Origin: Macrostomum hystrix
Taxonomy: Eukaryota; Animalia; Platyhelminthes
Reading direction: 5' to 3'
DNA length: 64,000 nt
Assembly (NCBI GenBank): GCA_950097015.1
Contig: CATNEN010000029.1
Coordinates: forward strand, 558,001-622,000
Shown: piece after piece, positions 12,962 through 25,267 of the stretch
Layout of the letters: each line of letters starts with the position of its first letter
Position numbering within the stretch: position 1 is the stretch's first letter
Program-made: the position numbers and the translations under genes
The notes under the pieces: generated by a model
Seen by the model: only the letters and a program-made list of their open reading frames with translations
What the model was told of the DNA's origin: nothing
The model's database searches: none

Positions 12962-14328
12962 ATGTCGTCGACGACCAGCGGTGGCAGTATCGCAGAGAAC
13001 GCGGAGCTTGAAGAAGCTGAAACTGAAACTAAGCAAGCAAAAGAAGATGAGAAAGTTTCCAACTTCTTTGAAGTGATGGAGACTGAGACGAATGACCAAT
13101 GCGACTCCAAGTTTAAAGGCTTCATGCTGTCGGACAATCTAGACAATCAGGTTGATAGCAAGAAACTGGTGAGGGGTTATTCAGAAATTAAAGTTTACTA
13201 ATATCTTATCAGTATACAGTGGCGCAACCAGGTTTTGCCAATTAGGGGGGGCGGTCTTTGCGTACATTGCCCCGCGGGTCGAAGGGGGGGCGCCAGGTGG
13301 AGCGCGCTCCGTTTCGCGGTTTTCGCCCATCATTCCTGGGCCAATTTCAAGGGCCGGTAGGGTAGGGCCCAGACGATTTAAAAGGTTTAAAAAACCTTTA
13401 AAACGCCCGCACGATTATAATGAAAGCTTGAAAATTAATATCTGACCAATGGTCTTGGACTTGGTCTCTGGTCTATGTACGTTGGACTTGGGGGACAGGA
13501 AATGAGATAAGGTAATAAATTAAGAAGCGTCTTGGCTTGCCCTTTGCGTACATTTTCTAAATATAAATTTTCTAAATATAAATTTTCGAAATAGTGCAAT
13601 CATAATTTCTAGTTTTTGACGCTACAACCACCCTAAATTTCCCAAGCTAGTGTGCTGTTACCCATTTAACAGCTGGGTGAGCTGAAGATGCAGAGTTAAG
13701 TGAGTCGCTGAAGGACAAAAATAGTTCGAATGTACTCGGGAATCGAACCCCCGACCTTCAAGTCGTGATATTTATTATCTAAAACTATATAAATTATGGA
13801 CAATAGATTTGAATTATTATTAAAAATAATTCACATAGCCATTATTGATGACCATCCAAATTACTATAATTTTTTATTTACGATTGAAATCACAACCAGG
13901 CCATTGAGCAGTTTGAGCAGTTGCTAGCTAGCAACCAAGTGTCATCTATTCGCAGCCTTACCTGGCTAGTGGCTGCACCATACTACCTTGACGTTGTTCG
14001 CGACGAGGCGCACCTGGATCCGATGTACCGCTTTCACCTGGTCATGACGCTGATTGGCTGGGCCATAATTATCGTCTTCGGCTCCCTGCTGCTCGTCACC
14101 GGCTTCCTCCAGGCGCCGCGGGTCGTCGGCTACGTCGCCGGCGGCTTCTTTGGCATCGGATGCCTGACCTTCTTGAGTCCGATGTTTGCGAGATCCAGTC
14201 AGGAGTTCGCTGGACATCTGACACCGCCTCTGCTGCCGCCAGTCGGCCAGCGGGTAGCGCTGAACATGCAGCAGTGGCTGCAGCTGCTGATTAGCAGCAG
14301 GGAGGACCTCCAGGACCTGCTGAGCTGA
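12962..14328 (+). CDS. Putative 2-exon membrane protein (acidic N-terminus, two TM segments), about 211 aa, unknown function
   Basis: Exon 1 12962-13168 (CTG|GTGAGG) and exon 2 13900-14328 (ACCAG|GCC) are both phase 0. Hydrophobic segments LVMTLIGWAIIIVFGSLLLVTGFL and VVGYVAGGFFGIGCLTFLSPMF. Exon 2 is GC-rich like other exons here. Confidence 0.5.
13217..13260 (+). mobile_element. Left terminus of a CAG-ended (hAT-like) non-autonomous element
   Basis: CAGTGGCGCAACCAGG followed by a G-run resembles the TIR of the MITE at 23591-24207. No matching right end was found. Confidence 0.35.
13645..13770 (-). mobile_element. tRNA-derived SINE fragment
   Basis: Minus strand TCACGACTTGAAGGTCGGGGGTTCGATTCCCGAG (B box) followed by a CACCCAGCTGTTAAATGGGTA core; same head as 8150-8185 and 45086-45147. 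Confidence 0.6.
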
Positions 14329-15271
14329 ACTGAGAGCTTCAGCTGGCTGTGCGGATTAACTGTTGAGGTCAGCTGTTGTAACGAATAAATGTAACGAATA
14401 AATGTAACGATTGAAGTACAGGTAACGAAGGCGAATAAGTTTAACTTATTCAACGCCTGCTTCCTTTCCTGTCTCAAATGCACACACGGGTTGATATTTT
14501 TGTTTCTAATGCTGTTTCGCTGTCTTCAGACAGAAAGGGTATTATCCTTATCAATCAACTCATTCAAGCGGAATGCTTAATATCTTCGTAAAATCAACAG
14601 TCAACACGAGTAGCCTACTCTATTCTGAGTCTGTAGCATTCAGTCGTTGCTAGCTAGAATAATTGATGAGGCGCCAGGTAGAATCAAACATTATTCTGTC
14701 TATTTACCTGATTCTCAAAGGATGGGGGGTTGACGTTCCCGCTGTGCACTTTTACACTTAGACGACACGACTGTTACAAAGTTCGAAAGAAAAGCAAATG
14801 AGGCAAGAAAATTGAGAAGCAACCAATCTTTATAAAAATTTTCTTTATTTATTTGAATGTATGCAAAGTGACGATCGAAAGGTTTTAAACTAGAAATTTA
14901 AATTGGGAATAACAAAGTATGCAATCAATGGCGTTAAAATAATTCTTTTAGTTTCAAGCTGGATGGGATAAATATTTACCTGAAGTTTGATTGTAAGCAC
15001 ATGGGATGTCTCTAGATGTTAGCTTTAGAAGTTCATATGAACAAATTATTTATAAATTATGCAAATTATGCAGTGCATAGTTACTAATTCCTTGAAAAAA
15101 GTTGTCCTTCCTTTTTTAGTGTACTATCTACTACCTGCGGCTGCACGTACTTCACGGCTGACAATATGGTGCTACTTAATCAGTAATAGCTATTTTTAGC
15201 TGCACAAGGGCACAATGACGCCAGTGTACATACGGTACGCGTGCTGCACACTGACACTCAGATTCACTTAG

Positions 15272-15784
15272 TCATTGCAAATAGTCAACAATTTTGTTGA
15301 CACTTTGAAATATCACCCGGCAATCGAATGGTCTTTGTTCCTGTGCTAAACGATAGACAGCTAGGCCCTGGCAGTCTCCAACAAATTGATAAGCCAGTGT
15401 AGCGGATGGCAGTGTCTGACACCTGTACTTGGAGCCCATTAGCTGTGACCCCGGCAGCGGCAGTGACGCCTTGTTCGAGCATTTCGTGCTGAAATAGTAG
15501 GGCGTCAACAAGCTGGGATTGTGCATCAGGCAGGTTGTCTTGCCGCAGAAACCATTTTGACCGGAATGATTGATGCAGCTGATGGCTTTGCTGACGGCTG
15601 GTGTTGCCTGCTTGACACTGTCAACATTCAGAGCGAGAATCCCTCCGTTGACTATGTGTCCGTAAAGGGGGGGACAGAAGCGGCGCACTTTGTGCACCAG
15701 AGTATTGCTGCTGACGACTGCTGCTGCTGACTGTTGCGTCACGGATAGCATCAATAGGAGGGACAATAGCATGCGGCCCTGCAT
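15272..15784 (-). CDS. Putative secreted cysteine-rich protein, 170 aa, single exon
   Basis: N-terminal signal-peptide-like MLLSLLLMLSVTQQSAAA, eight Cys in the mature part, GC-rich non-repetitive ORF in AT-rich flanks. Confidence 0.65.
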   Translation of the reverse strand: MQGRMLLSLLLMLSVTQQSAAAVVSSNTLVHKVRRFCPPLYGHIVNGGILALNVDSVKQATPAVSKAISCINHSGQNGFCGKTTCLMHNPSLLTPYYFSTKCSNKASLPLPGSQLMGSKYRCQTLPSATLAYQFVGDCQGLAVYRLAQEQRPFDCRVIFQSVNKIVDYLQ

Positions 15785-16232
15785 GACTCTGACAAGCCAG
15801 GTTTTTTAGTCTGTTGATTTTTATTTAAGCCCTACAGAATTATTTAGCCCCAAGCCAAAGTCGAGCCCTATTATATAGAGGCAATTATGTCAGTGAGCAC
15901 GCGGACTTTAAGTTTTTGTTTGCATAATTTTTCCCGCGGGTAATCCCGCGGGCCATATTTTAGGTTGCAAACGGCACGCACTATTTGCTGCAACCTTCGC
16001 CTTCGTGCACAGACTAAATAACGTCTGGTACGTTCAATGCTTTGCTCGACCCTAAAAATAGACTGGCAATTGGCAGTAAAGCGTCTAAATTTAGCTGAAC
16101 GCGGTTGATATAATTATGTAAATAATGTTTTGTTGCACGCGTGGCAGGTCATATGACAGTTTCTAGACTAATTTGGTTGTTTTATCAATAAACACACCCG
16201 AGTCTGATTTAAAAATCTCCAGAAAAAGTCCC

Positions 16233-18071
16233 TTTCACACAGATTGGAATTCATTTCACACAGATTGGAGTTCATTTCACACAGATTGGAGTTCATTTCA
16301 CACAGATTGGAGTTCATTTCACACAGATTGGAGTTCATTTCACACAGATTGGAATTCATTTCACACAGATTGGAATTCATTTCATCCAGATTGGAATTCA
16401 TTTCACACAGGTTGGAATTCATTTCACACAGATTGGAATTGATTTCACACAGATTGGAATTCATTTCACACAGATTGGAGTTCATTTCACACAGATTGGA
16501 GTTCATTTCACACAGATTGGAATTCATTTCACACAGATTGGAGTTCATTTCACACAGATTGGAGTTCATTTCACACAGATTGGAATTCATTTCACACAGA
16601 TTGGATTCCATTTCACACAGATTGGAATTCATTTCATACAGATTGGAGTTCATTTCACACAGATTGGATTCCATTTCATACAGATTGGATTCCATTTCAT
16701 ACAGATTGGAATCCATTTCACACAGATTGGAGTTCATTTCACACAGATTGGAGTTCATTTCACACAGATTGGATTCCATTTCATGCAGATTGGATTCCAT
16801 TTCATACAGATTGGAGTTCATTTCACACAGATTGGATTCCATTTCACACAGATTGGAATTCATTTCATACAGATTGGATTCCATTTCACACAGATTGGAG
16901 TTCATTTCACACAGATTGGATTCCATTTCACACAGATTGGAATTCATTTCATACAGATTGGATTCCATTTCATACAGATTGGATTCCATTTCATACAGAT
17001 TGGATTCCATTTCATACAGATTGGATTCCATTTCACACAGATTGGATTCCATTTCACACAGATTGGAGTTCATTTCACACAGATTGGATTCCATTTCATA
17101 CAGATTGGAATTCATTTCACACAGATTGGAATTCATTTCACACAGATTGGAATTCATTTCACACAGATTGGAATTCATTTCACACAGATTGGAATTCATT
17201 TCACACAGATTGGAATTCACTTCACACAGATTGGAATTCATTTCACACAGATTGGAGTTCATTTCACACAGATTGGAATTCATTTCACACAGATTGGAGT
17301 TCATTGGACTCTCTGATGAGAGTCCATATCACAGTGATGAGAGTCCATGTCACACTGATGAGAGTCCATGTCACACTGATGAGAGTCCATGTCACACTGA
17401 TGAGAGTCCATGTCACAGTGATGAGAGTCCATGTCACAGTGATGAGAATCCATGTCACACTGATGAGAGTCCATGTCACAGTGATGAGAGTCCATGTCAC
17501 AGTGATGAGAGTCCATGTCACACTGATGAGAGTCCATGTCACACTGATGAGAGTCCATGTCACACTGATGAGAGTCCATGTCACACTGATGAGGTCACAC
17601 TGATGAGAGTCCATGTCACACTGATGAGAGTCCATGTCACAGTGATGAGAGTCCATGTCACAGTGATGAGAGTCCATGTCACACTGATGAGAGTCCATGT
17701 CACACTGATGAGAGTCCATGTCACACTGATGAGAGTCCATGTCACACTGATGAGAGTCCATGTCACACTGATGAGAGTCCATGTCACACTGATGAGAGTC
17801 CATGTCACACTGATGAGAGTCCATGTCACACTGATGAGAGTCTATGTCACACTGATGAGAGTCCATGTCACACTGATGAGAGTCCATGTCACACTGATGA
17901 GAGTCCATGTCACAGTGATGAGAGTCCATGTCACAGTGATGAGAGTCCATGTCACACTGATGAGAGTCCATGTCACACTGATGAGAGTCCATGTCACACT
18001 GATGAGAGTCCATGTCACACTGATGAGAGTCCATGTCACACTGATGAGAGTCCATGTCACAGTGATGAGAG
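16233..18071. repeat. Bipartite 21-bp satellite: TTTCACACAGATTGGAGTTCA (16233-17304) then TGTCACACTGATGAGAGTCCA (17305-18071)
   Basis: Direct periodicity; the two units match at 16 of 21 positions and switch abruptly. Confidence 0.97.
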
Positions 18072-18754
18072 TTTGCATACAAGGCAGAAAATGAGGTAAA
18101 ATAGACCCACCAAGCAGCTTTTAGTTGGGCAGACGCTAGCTGTAGACACTCGAGCTGCTCTGTACTGCCGGTCCACACCAGTTGGTAGTCTCCGCGGTAC
18201 TCAGTTCTTGAGGTAAGCATTTTGGCGAAGTCTTGGTAGTTCAGAGTCTAGCACGCCAGGTTTATGCCAGTATAAATAGTTGAAGGGACTACCAAAGCGG
18301 CTGTCAGTAAATACTTACATGAAACTACATGTAAAGATAACGCACTTGCGGATCGATCGGGCGAGACAAATAAAACTAAAATGGTCCACTGCGAAATAAG
18401 CAAGAATTTCTGCACAACACGGATCTGCGGATGCCCAGGTAATTAATTGCTAAATGCATTTAGCTACATGTGCTACACACAGGTGCCGGATATACACATG
18501 ACTTGCAGGTCAAAACCCATGAACTGAGAAACTGTCGTTATTAGTTACACTTACGTCATTATAGTCACAATAGAATTAAAAAAATAGGTATAAATTTAAC
18601 CTACCCTGTACTCTCCATTTTAACAATAACTACGTGATATGCTTAAATTGTTTCTTACAGTAGAAGTACATTTGACACTAATTTAAATTAGAAGAGATAT
18701 AAAAGTAGAGAGCTAAGACATGCAGGCACTGCAGCGATGAGATAAGCCTGAAGC

Positions 18755-18840
18755 GATGAGACAGGACGGGAGAGATGAGACACGCGAGAGATAAGAAACG
18801 AGAGATATGAGACGGGGTAGAGATGAGACAGGACGGGGAA
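18755..18840 (-). repeat. Degenerate dispersed copy of the 16-bp satellite unit
   Basis: GGGAGAGATGAGACAC-like units, the reverse complement of the 4445-7070 monomer. Confidence 0.65.
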
Positions 18841-21544
18841 GGATGTGACAGGGCAGGAGAAAAATTTTTTTCGCAGCTTTTTTACTGCATTGCTTCAGCC
18901 CATGTTTTAGTTTTCGAAGAAGTTCGATCTGCTCCAATGTTCTCCTCTTTCAGCGGAACTCACTCTGATAGCGTGACATGCGTGGATCAGAGCATAAAAA
19001 TTACGCTTATATTATACATGCATATAAATTATGAACACTTCATGTTGCAATATGTACACTGATCGGGAAGTAGCAATGGCAAGAAATCTAGGCTCTTAAA
19101 TCACTTACTCAAATCGTAAAGTCTATAGAAAGCCAAAACTTTTATTGTAAATATATAAAGCTAAAAAATCAATGTAAGCCACTATAATTAAACGCCTAAA
19201 AATCCCCCATTGGAAATAGGAACATATCGGAGGAGCTGCATGCGGCGTCTATTATGGTTTCTTGGTAAAAATCGCTATTTCTTCAGTAGCGTTTCTTCGC
19301 TTCCTGGAATCTTCAATCACATTAAATTGCTGAGAAATTTTCTGATGTAAAAGAAACGAAAAAATATAGCGTTTAAATATTGTCGTCAACTTGAATAAAA
19401 TTTATCACAACTAATCGATCTACTTAACAATGAGTAAATAGACAGCGGCCCCAGTGACTCACGTGTCACTAGCGACTCGCTATAAACCCACTTTTTTAAA
19501 ACTCGTTCGCCACAAATGGAAAACAACTTTTCTACTAGATCTTGATGTGACTCTTATTCGCCACTAATTGTTTCAAGCAGATTTGCTACTTATAACTTGG
19601 TCTGGTCGTTCAAAAAAACAACTTCGGCTTATAACGGGTTTATGAGCGGTTTATAAGCCCCTACGATAAGAGATTCATACGAAAGCTTTCGCCGTTTTAA
19701 AATTCTGGTAGAACACAACTATATACATATAAAACATATTTTTTTATCTATTTCTGTTGCAAGATAAATTTTCTGGGCCAAGCAAAATGTGTATATTTTA
19801 ACAACAAATCATACTTTCTTTTCGCCAATGACCAAAACAGTAGTCGATAGTTTCGCCGTTTTAAAAATATGAAAAAGCGAGGCTTAATTGATGGATTTTT
19901 ATTGCATTCCCTTTTTCGCCAGCTTTTATTATCATATTTCTGAACATTTTGTAATGTAGGCAATAACGAGCTCATCGGCAGCAATTTGTTTTTAAAAGTC
20001 CGGAAAGACTAAAGATAAATCTGTTAAAAACAGCTGTAAATTTTTCATTCAACTTGATTGCAAATTAATTTCTGCGCATTTTGATTATAAAACAAAAAAA
20101 TTCTTGCATTCGTGTATAACACTTGTTTTAGTTTATTGTGTTGCCATGACGCAAAGCATGACCACGATTTCCAGTTTGGTTTGACTTGAAGATTTATAAT
20201 ATATAATTGCCTGAATTATACTAAGAACTGAATTCACCAACCGTCCTTCAGTTAGCACACTTCATAAAAATTTTTCTAAAAAAATATTTTTGCTTCGTTG
20301 TGCTAACTGAAGGACGGTTTCACCAACCGTCCTTCAGTTAGCACAACGAAGCAAAAATATTTTTTTAGAAAAATTTTTATGAAGTGTGCCAGAGCTGATT
20401 TTTTTGTAGGAGGTTGTGCCACTGCTGAATTGAATGTGCCAGGTGCTTTTGAAGTAAATGTGATTGATCACAATGATTTATATAGGTTTTAATTGCTCGA
20501 TTTTTGTGCTAGATTTTGTGCTAGTAGATTGTGGCCTCATTATTAGTGTGCCACTTTTCTTGTGCGTGTTTTCCTGAATATAAGATAATTGTCTCGAGCT
20601 TTAATTCTATTAACACAAAATTAATACAACACCTATACCGCAGGTCAGTTTTCTTTGTTATGCTTTTTATATTTTTTTTCCGCGCGCCAAATTAAATATC
20701 ACGTGGCATACCGTTCGAGGGTTTTGTCATAAAGTAATTATAATATCATTGCATTAGAAAAAGTCTGTCTTGAGCTAAACAGTGACGAATCAAATTCAAT
20801 TCGTGCTATACATGCATCTACTCTACATGAGTTAATGTAACGAAGCAAAATAATTATGAAATGAAATTTAGATATAAAATATTAGCATTGCAGAAGCATA
20901 TGCAGCATATGCTTTGTTCTATTTATATACAAAAATGTATATTCATGCACACCCTGCTTTATTATGTAATTCAGTATTTCTAAAAGATTATGGACAGTTT
21001 AGCCGTGCTTTCTATTCAATCTCAGTTTCATTTTACTACATCTGAGAACAGACTGCAGCAATATATTCAGATTCCCTCTCTATTTGTATTGACAAACATG
21101 TGTTGTTTTCTTTTGTAATATGTTTCTAAATAATGAAATGCCACTTTCTTGCTTTTATTCATTGAATAATTTTTACAATGCATAGATAAATTATTGTACA
21201 TAGGATAAGATATCAATCAAAGGCAAGCTAACATGACAGGGAAATGTTAATGCATTTAAACATTGTATTGGTGAACAAAAGGCCAAAGCTAAATTATGTG
21301 TAGTTAGGTTGCACAATTCAATAGTAGTATATAAAGTTCAAAAGTAAATTGGCATGTATTTCTGCAATTTTGAGCTATATGGGAAATATATATTGTTCTA
21401 TTGTTTCATTGATCTAATGTATATAAAAACATTAAGGGCATATTTTAAATATATTAAATACTTTACTATTATGTTTCAATATTTATTTCTATAATATAAA
21501 CTTATTAGAAAAAAAACAGATTTCACAGTGAATCTAGCACTATA

Positions 21545-22440
21545 TCTGGCATTTGATCTGGCAGAGATCTGGCAGTAGATTTGGTAGTCAATCTGGCAGT
21601 GGATCTGTCAGAGATATGGCATGATATAGTGTTATATAGGGGCCTAGTGTAATATGGCATAATATGATGTGATATGATATGATATGGCAGATATGGTGTT
21701 ATATGGCCTGATATGGTATAATATGGCATTGAATGGTATGATATGGTGTGATATGGTATGATATGGCATTACATGGCATGATATGGCATTATATGTTGTT
21801 ATATGGCCTGATATGGTATGATATGGTGTGATATGGTATTATATGGCTTTATATGGTGTTATATGGCCTGATATGGTATAATTTGGCATAATATGGCATG
21901 ATATGGTATGATATGGTGTGATATGGTATTATATGGCTTTATATGGTGTTATATGGCCTGATATGGTATAATTTGGCATAATATGGCATGATATGGTATG
22001 ACATGGTATGATATGGCATTATATGTTGTTATATGGCCTGATATGGTATGATATGGTGTGATATGGTATTATATGGCTTTATATGGTGTTATATGGCCTG
22101 ATATGGTATAATATGGTATTGTATGGTATGATATGGTGTGATATGGTAGTATATGGCTTTATATGGCATAAGATAGCATAATGTGGTATGATATGGTATG
22201 ACATGGTACAATATGGCATTGAATGGTATGATATGGTATTATATGGTATAATTTGGCATAATATGGCATGATATGGTATGATATGGCATGATATGGTATG
22301 ACATGGTATGATATGGCATTATATGTTGTTATATGGCGTGATATGGTATGATATTGTGTGATATGGTATTATATGGCTTTATATGGCATAAGATGGCATA
22401 ATGTGGTATGATATGGCATGATATGGTATTTAAATGACAT
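21545..22440. repeat. Degenerate ATATGG(C/T)-type microsatellite inside the left arm (mirrored at about 27030-27830)
   Basis: 5/10-bp periodic ATATGGTATG/ATATGGCATG units; copy number differs between the arms. Confidence 0.9.
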
Positions 22441-22560
22441 GCTATGGTGTGAAATGGAGTGATGTAGCACATTATTGTTTTTTCATGTTAATATTGATAT
22501 AGTATGGTTTAATATTTGTCTATTGTTTTAAAAAATTCTCCTATAATGCAATTGTTGCAG

Positions 22561-23053
22561 CTCCGGTTCTTGACTTCGGCCCCTGATGGGGCTTTGCCTG
22601 AAGTGGCCTCGCCACTAAACTGTCCTGCTGCACCAGCTGCTGTTCTGCTAACAGTGCCAGAGGGTGTTTCCTTGGCACAAGCTTGCAAGCGTCTGTGCTC
22701 TTGTACACAGTTGTATTCTAGCACTGATTTGCGTATCAGAGGGGTTGGTGAAAACTCATATCGTCGATATGGCCATGACGGAGTTTCTGTAGTCCAGCTT
22801 AAAGTTCTACCGTCTCGAGTTGGTCTTCTGCATGGAATGCATGGAAATGACATTCGACATGAATATCGTGTCAACGGCCGTGCTTGGTTGGAAGCCCTGC
22901 AGCATCAACAGGTGATGGACATGGTGCAGGGAGGCGACATTCAGCCACAGCTTTTGCTACAAAGGGAACGAAAAAAGCTACGCAAAGATATCGATAGAAT
23001 TATAAATACCGGATCGGAAGAAACCGTCGCACTGCTATCAGCTTTTGTTACTG
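22561..23053 (+). pseudogene. Left-arm copy of the TIR-embedded coding exon (164 codons + 1 nt)
   Basis: Acceptor TTGTTGCAG| at 22560 and donor G|GTATAAG at 23054; matches the reverse complement of 26417-26909. Confidence 0.6.
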
Positions 23054-23590
23054 GTATAAGAGTTAGAAATAACATCGAAGATCGGGACTTAAAGAACTTT
23101 AAAACCAGATGATATAGAATAAGAAAAGGACAATGAAAGTAGAAAATACCGCAATTCATCAAATGCCAAAAGAGACGCTAAAAAAACTAACCCCCCAGCC
23201 AAGAACAATGGAGACCCACCCACAGGTCAAACCGGCGCCGGCCAAAACGAGTCTGAGCGGCACGCGGCCGAGGGCGAGGGTACAAGAGGAAAACGTGCTG
23301 GAGAAGAGGGGAGAAGACAAAGAAGGCGCATGACAACCGAGCGTGGCGGTCAGACAGAAAAGAGACGAGAAGGGAGAGATTAATCAATATTAAAAGTGAA
23401 TAGAAATACCACCATCCCAACGCGATCTAACGCAACCAATGTAATAACCAGGCCCTACCTAAGAAAGGAGTTGTCTTGCATGGCAACCTACTAGATTAAT
23501 AGAAAATATGTCAAATTCAAGGGCTGCGACCCAACATAACTCAAATCAAAGCAAGTGTACTGTAACTAACCACAACATTACCCATCCCAC

Positions 23591-24207
23591 CAGGCGCGTA
23601 ACCAGGATTTTGTTTCGGGGGGGGATGCAAAAGTACTTTTGAAAACGATTGCACTCTATTTTCGTTTTTCTTTTATCCCTATTGTACTCGTATAAAACAA
23701 AATTGATGAGGACCGGACCTCTCCAAGTTTAACTCAATTAAATGTTGCTACTAAGGATGAGACATCAACATCAATCATTGTTTATTTTATTGAGCGTGTA
23801 AAAAGTCGACCAGCTATGCATTCTATTCCAGTTAATTAGCTAATCACATAATTACATATAATCTATAAGACAGGGCAGGAATTGAAAAATAGCTAGCTTC
23901 CTTCCTTCAACCCTCCCCCCGCCCGTCCCCCTTGCCCCCTCCCCCCGGCAAGGAACTTAGAGTTGAGGAACTTAACTCTAAATGAAGGGCAAGGGTCTTT
24001 TCAAATCTCATTATGCCATCTGTATTCTCACTATTCTGTAATCTGCTCGTACATTTACTGGCAGTGGCACTTGGCAGGCAGGCTCCCGTCACTCCAGTCA
24101 CTGATAAAATAAGCAAAAGTGTAAAAAATTCATTACCTAAATTTTTTTTCTTCAGCCCTTCGGGGGGGGATGTATCCCCCCCATCCCCCCCCTTGGATAC
24201 GCCACTG
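23591..24207. mobile_element. Non-autonomous hAT-type MITE (617 bp) nested in the foldback spacer
   Basis: Imperfect TIRs CAGGCGCGTAACCAGG and (reverse complement) CAGTGGCGTATCCAAGG, subterminal G/C runs, 8-bp TSD CATCCCAC at 23583-23590 and 24208-24215. Confidence 0.8.
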
Positions 24208-24482
24208 CATCCCACCCTCCTGGTGAGAGGTGGGGATATTTTATCAATAAATATGAAACGCGGAGCGCCGCAGGAGCGCAACCCGCCCCGACGATAGCTC
24301 ATTAGTTTTAACGAATTAAAAAAAGTTATCTCAAAGATTAATTTGCTTTGATTACGACGCTATCAGAGTAGAAGAGATAGATAAAGTTAGGTAGATACGT
24401 AAGAACTCTCTTTAGTGCGAGCCATTGGAGAACGAATCAGGTGTAGTAATCTTTATAGAAAGAATCCGTGAATTTAACCTGA

Positions 24483-24887
24483 ATACCGCTAGACCAAAAG
24501 ATAAGATCACGGAGGATAAAGATTACAACTGGAATACAACTCATTGAGGAGCAGCGAAACCTTCGCCGCGGTAGACATCAACAGGAAAGGCCATTGGAAG
24601 TGCAAGGACAAGGAGAGGAGCATCAACAGCATGAACAGCAGCTGGACGAAAGTGAGGATAATGATGGAGAACAGGCGAACGGGAATGACGAACAAGGTGA
24701 ACAAGTGGATGAGCATGAAGAACATGATGAAGAGCAGTCGGATGAGACTGAGCCACAACAGTACGAGCTACTGAGCAGCCGATCCTGCAGAAAGCGGCGA
24801 CGGAATCAGCCGGAGCGACTATTCAGGGAGACACGCAAACTTCGTACAGGACCAACTAGAATGATCCTTCGGTCACATAATCGCTGA
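24483..24887 (+). other. ATG-less open frame (134 codons) with an acidic E/D/Q tract and basic C-terminus; candidate terminal exon of a plus-strand element gene
   Basis: Open from the TGA at 24480-24482 to the stop at 24887. An AG at 24491-24492 is phase-compatible with the donor at 23054, but its polypyrimidine tract is weak. Confidence 0.3.
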
Positions 24888-25267
24888 TGGAATTGTGGCG
24901 ATGCTTGATGGTTGACTAGTATGTTTCTTCTAATGATAGTCATGCGGAAGAAGAAGCCTGGATTTTCTCGTTTGCGTGTGAAAGTGTAAAAGTCAGAGAC
25001 AGAAATCTGTTGCTGTTGACTAGAAATTGCGCGGTTGTTGTCCCTTCATGTTTGGGGCTTTAACTTTTCATACTCGTAGTCACTAATAAAGCTTATATCA
25101 CATATTACAGCATACGTCATGTTCTGGTAATCCGGTGTCTTGCTATATTGCACTACGTATCGACTCAGCACATTATGTGTCACTGTATTCTGTATCATTT
25201 ATGCTTGTGCATTATGCAAAGCGAACCCTATGAACCGATTTGTACAGTCAGTGCAAACCGGCGTTAG

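Larger units (their letters stand above)
19457..23065 (+). repeat. Left terminal inverted repeat arm (3,609 bp)
   Basis: Reverse complement of 26405-29839, apart from an extra about 85 bp near 20235-20319 and a length difference in the internal ATATGG repeat. Confidence 0.95.

Noticed and set aside
10468-18071. CRISPR-like arrays of 21-23-bp repeats
   Set aside because: Repeats are directly adjacent with no unique spacers, there are no cas genes, and the context is eukaryotic.
17305-18071. Hammerhead ribozyme array suggested by repeated CTGATGAG
   Set aside because: The unit has no GAAA or stem II/III elements.
16168-18220. Long repeat ORFs (EMNSNLC, HRLEFIS, CDMDSHQ)
   Set aside because: Satellite translations in several frames on both strands.
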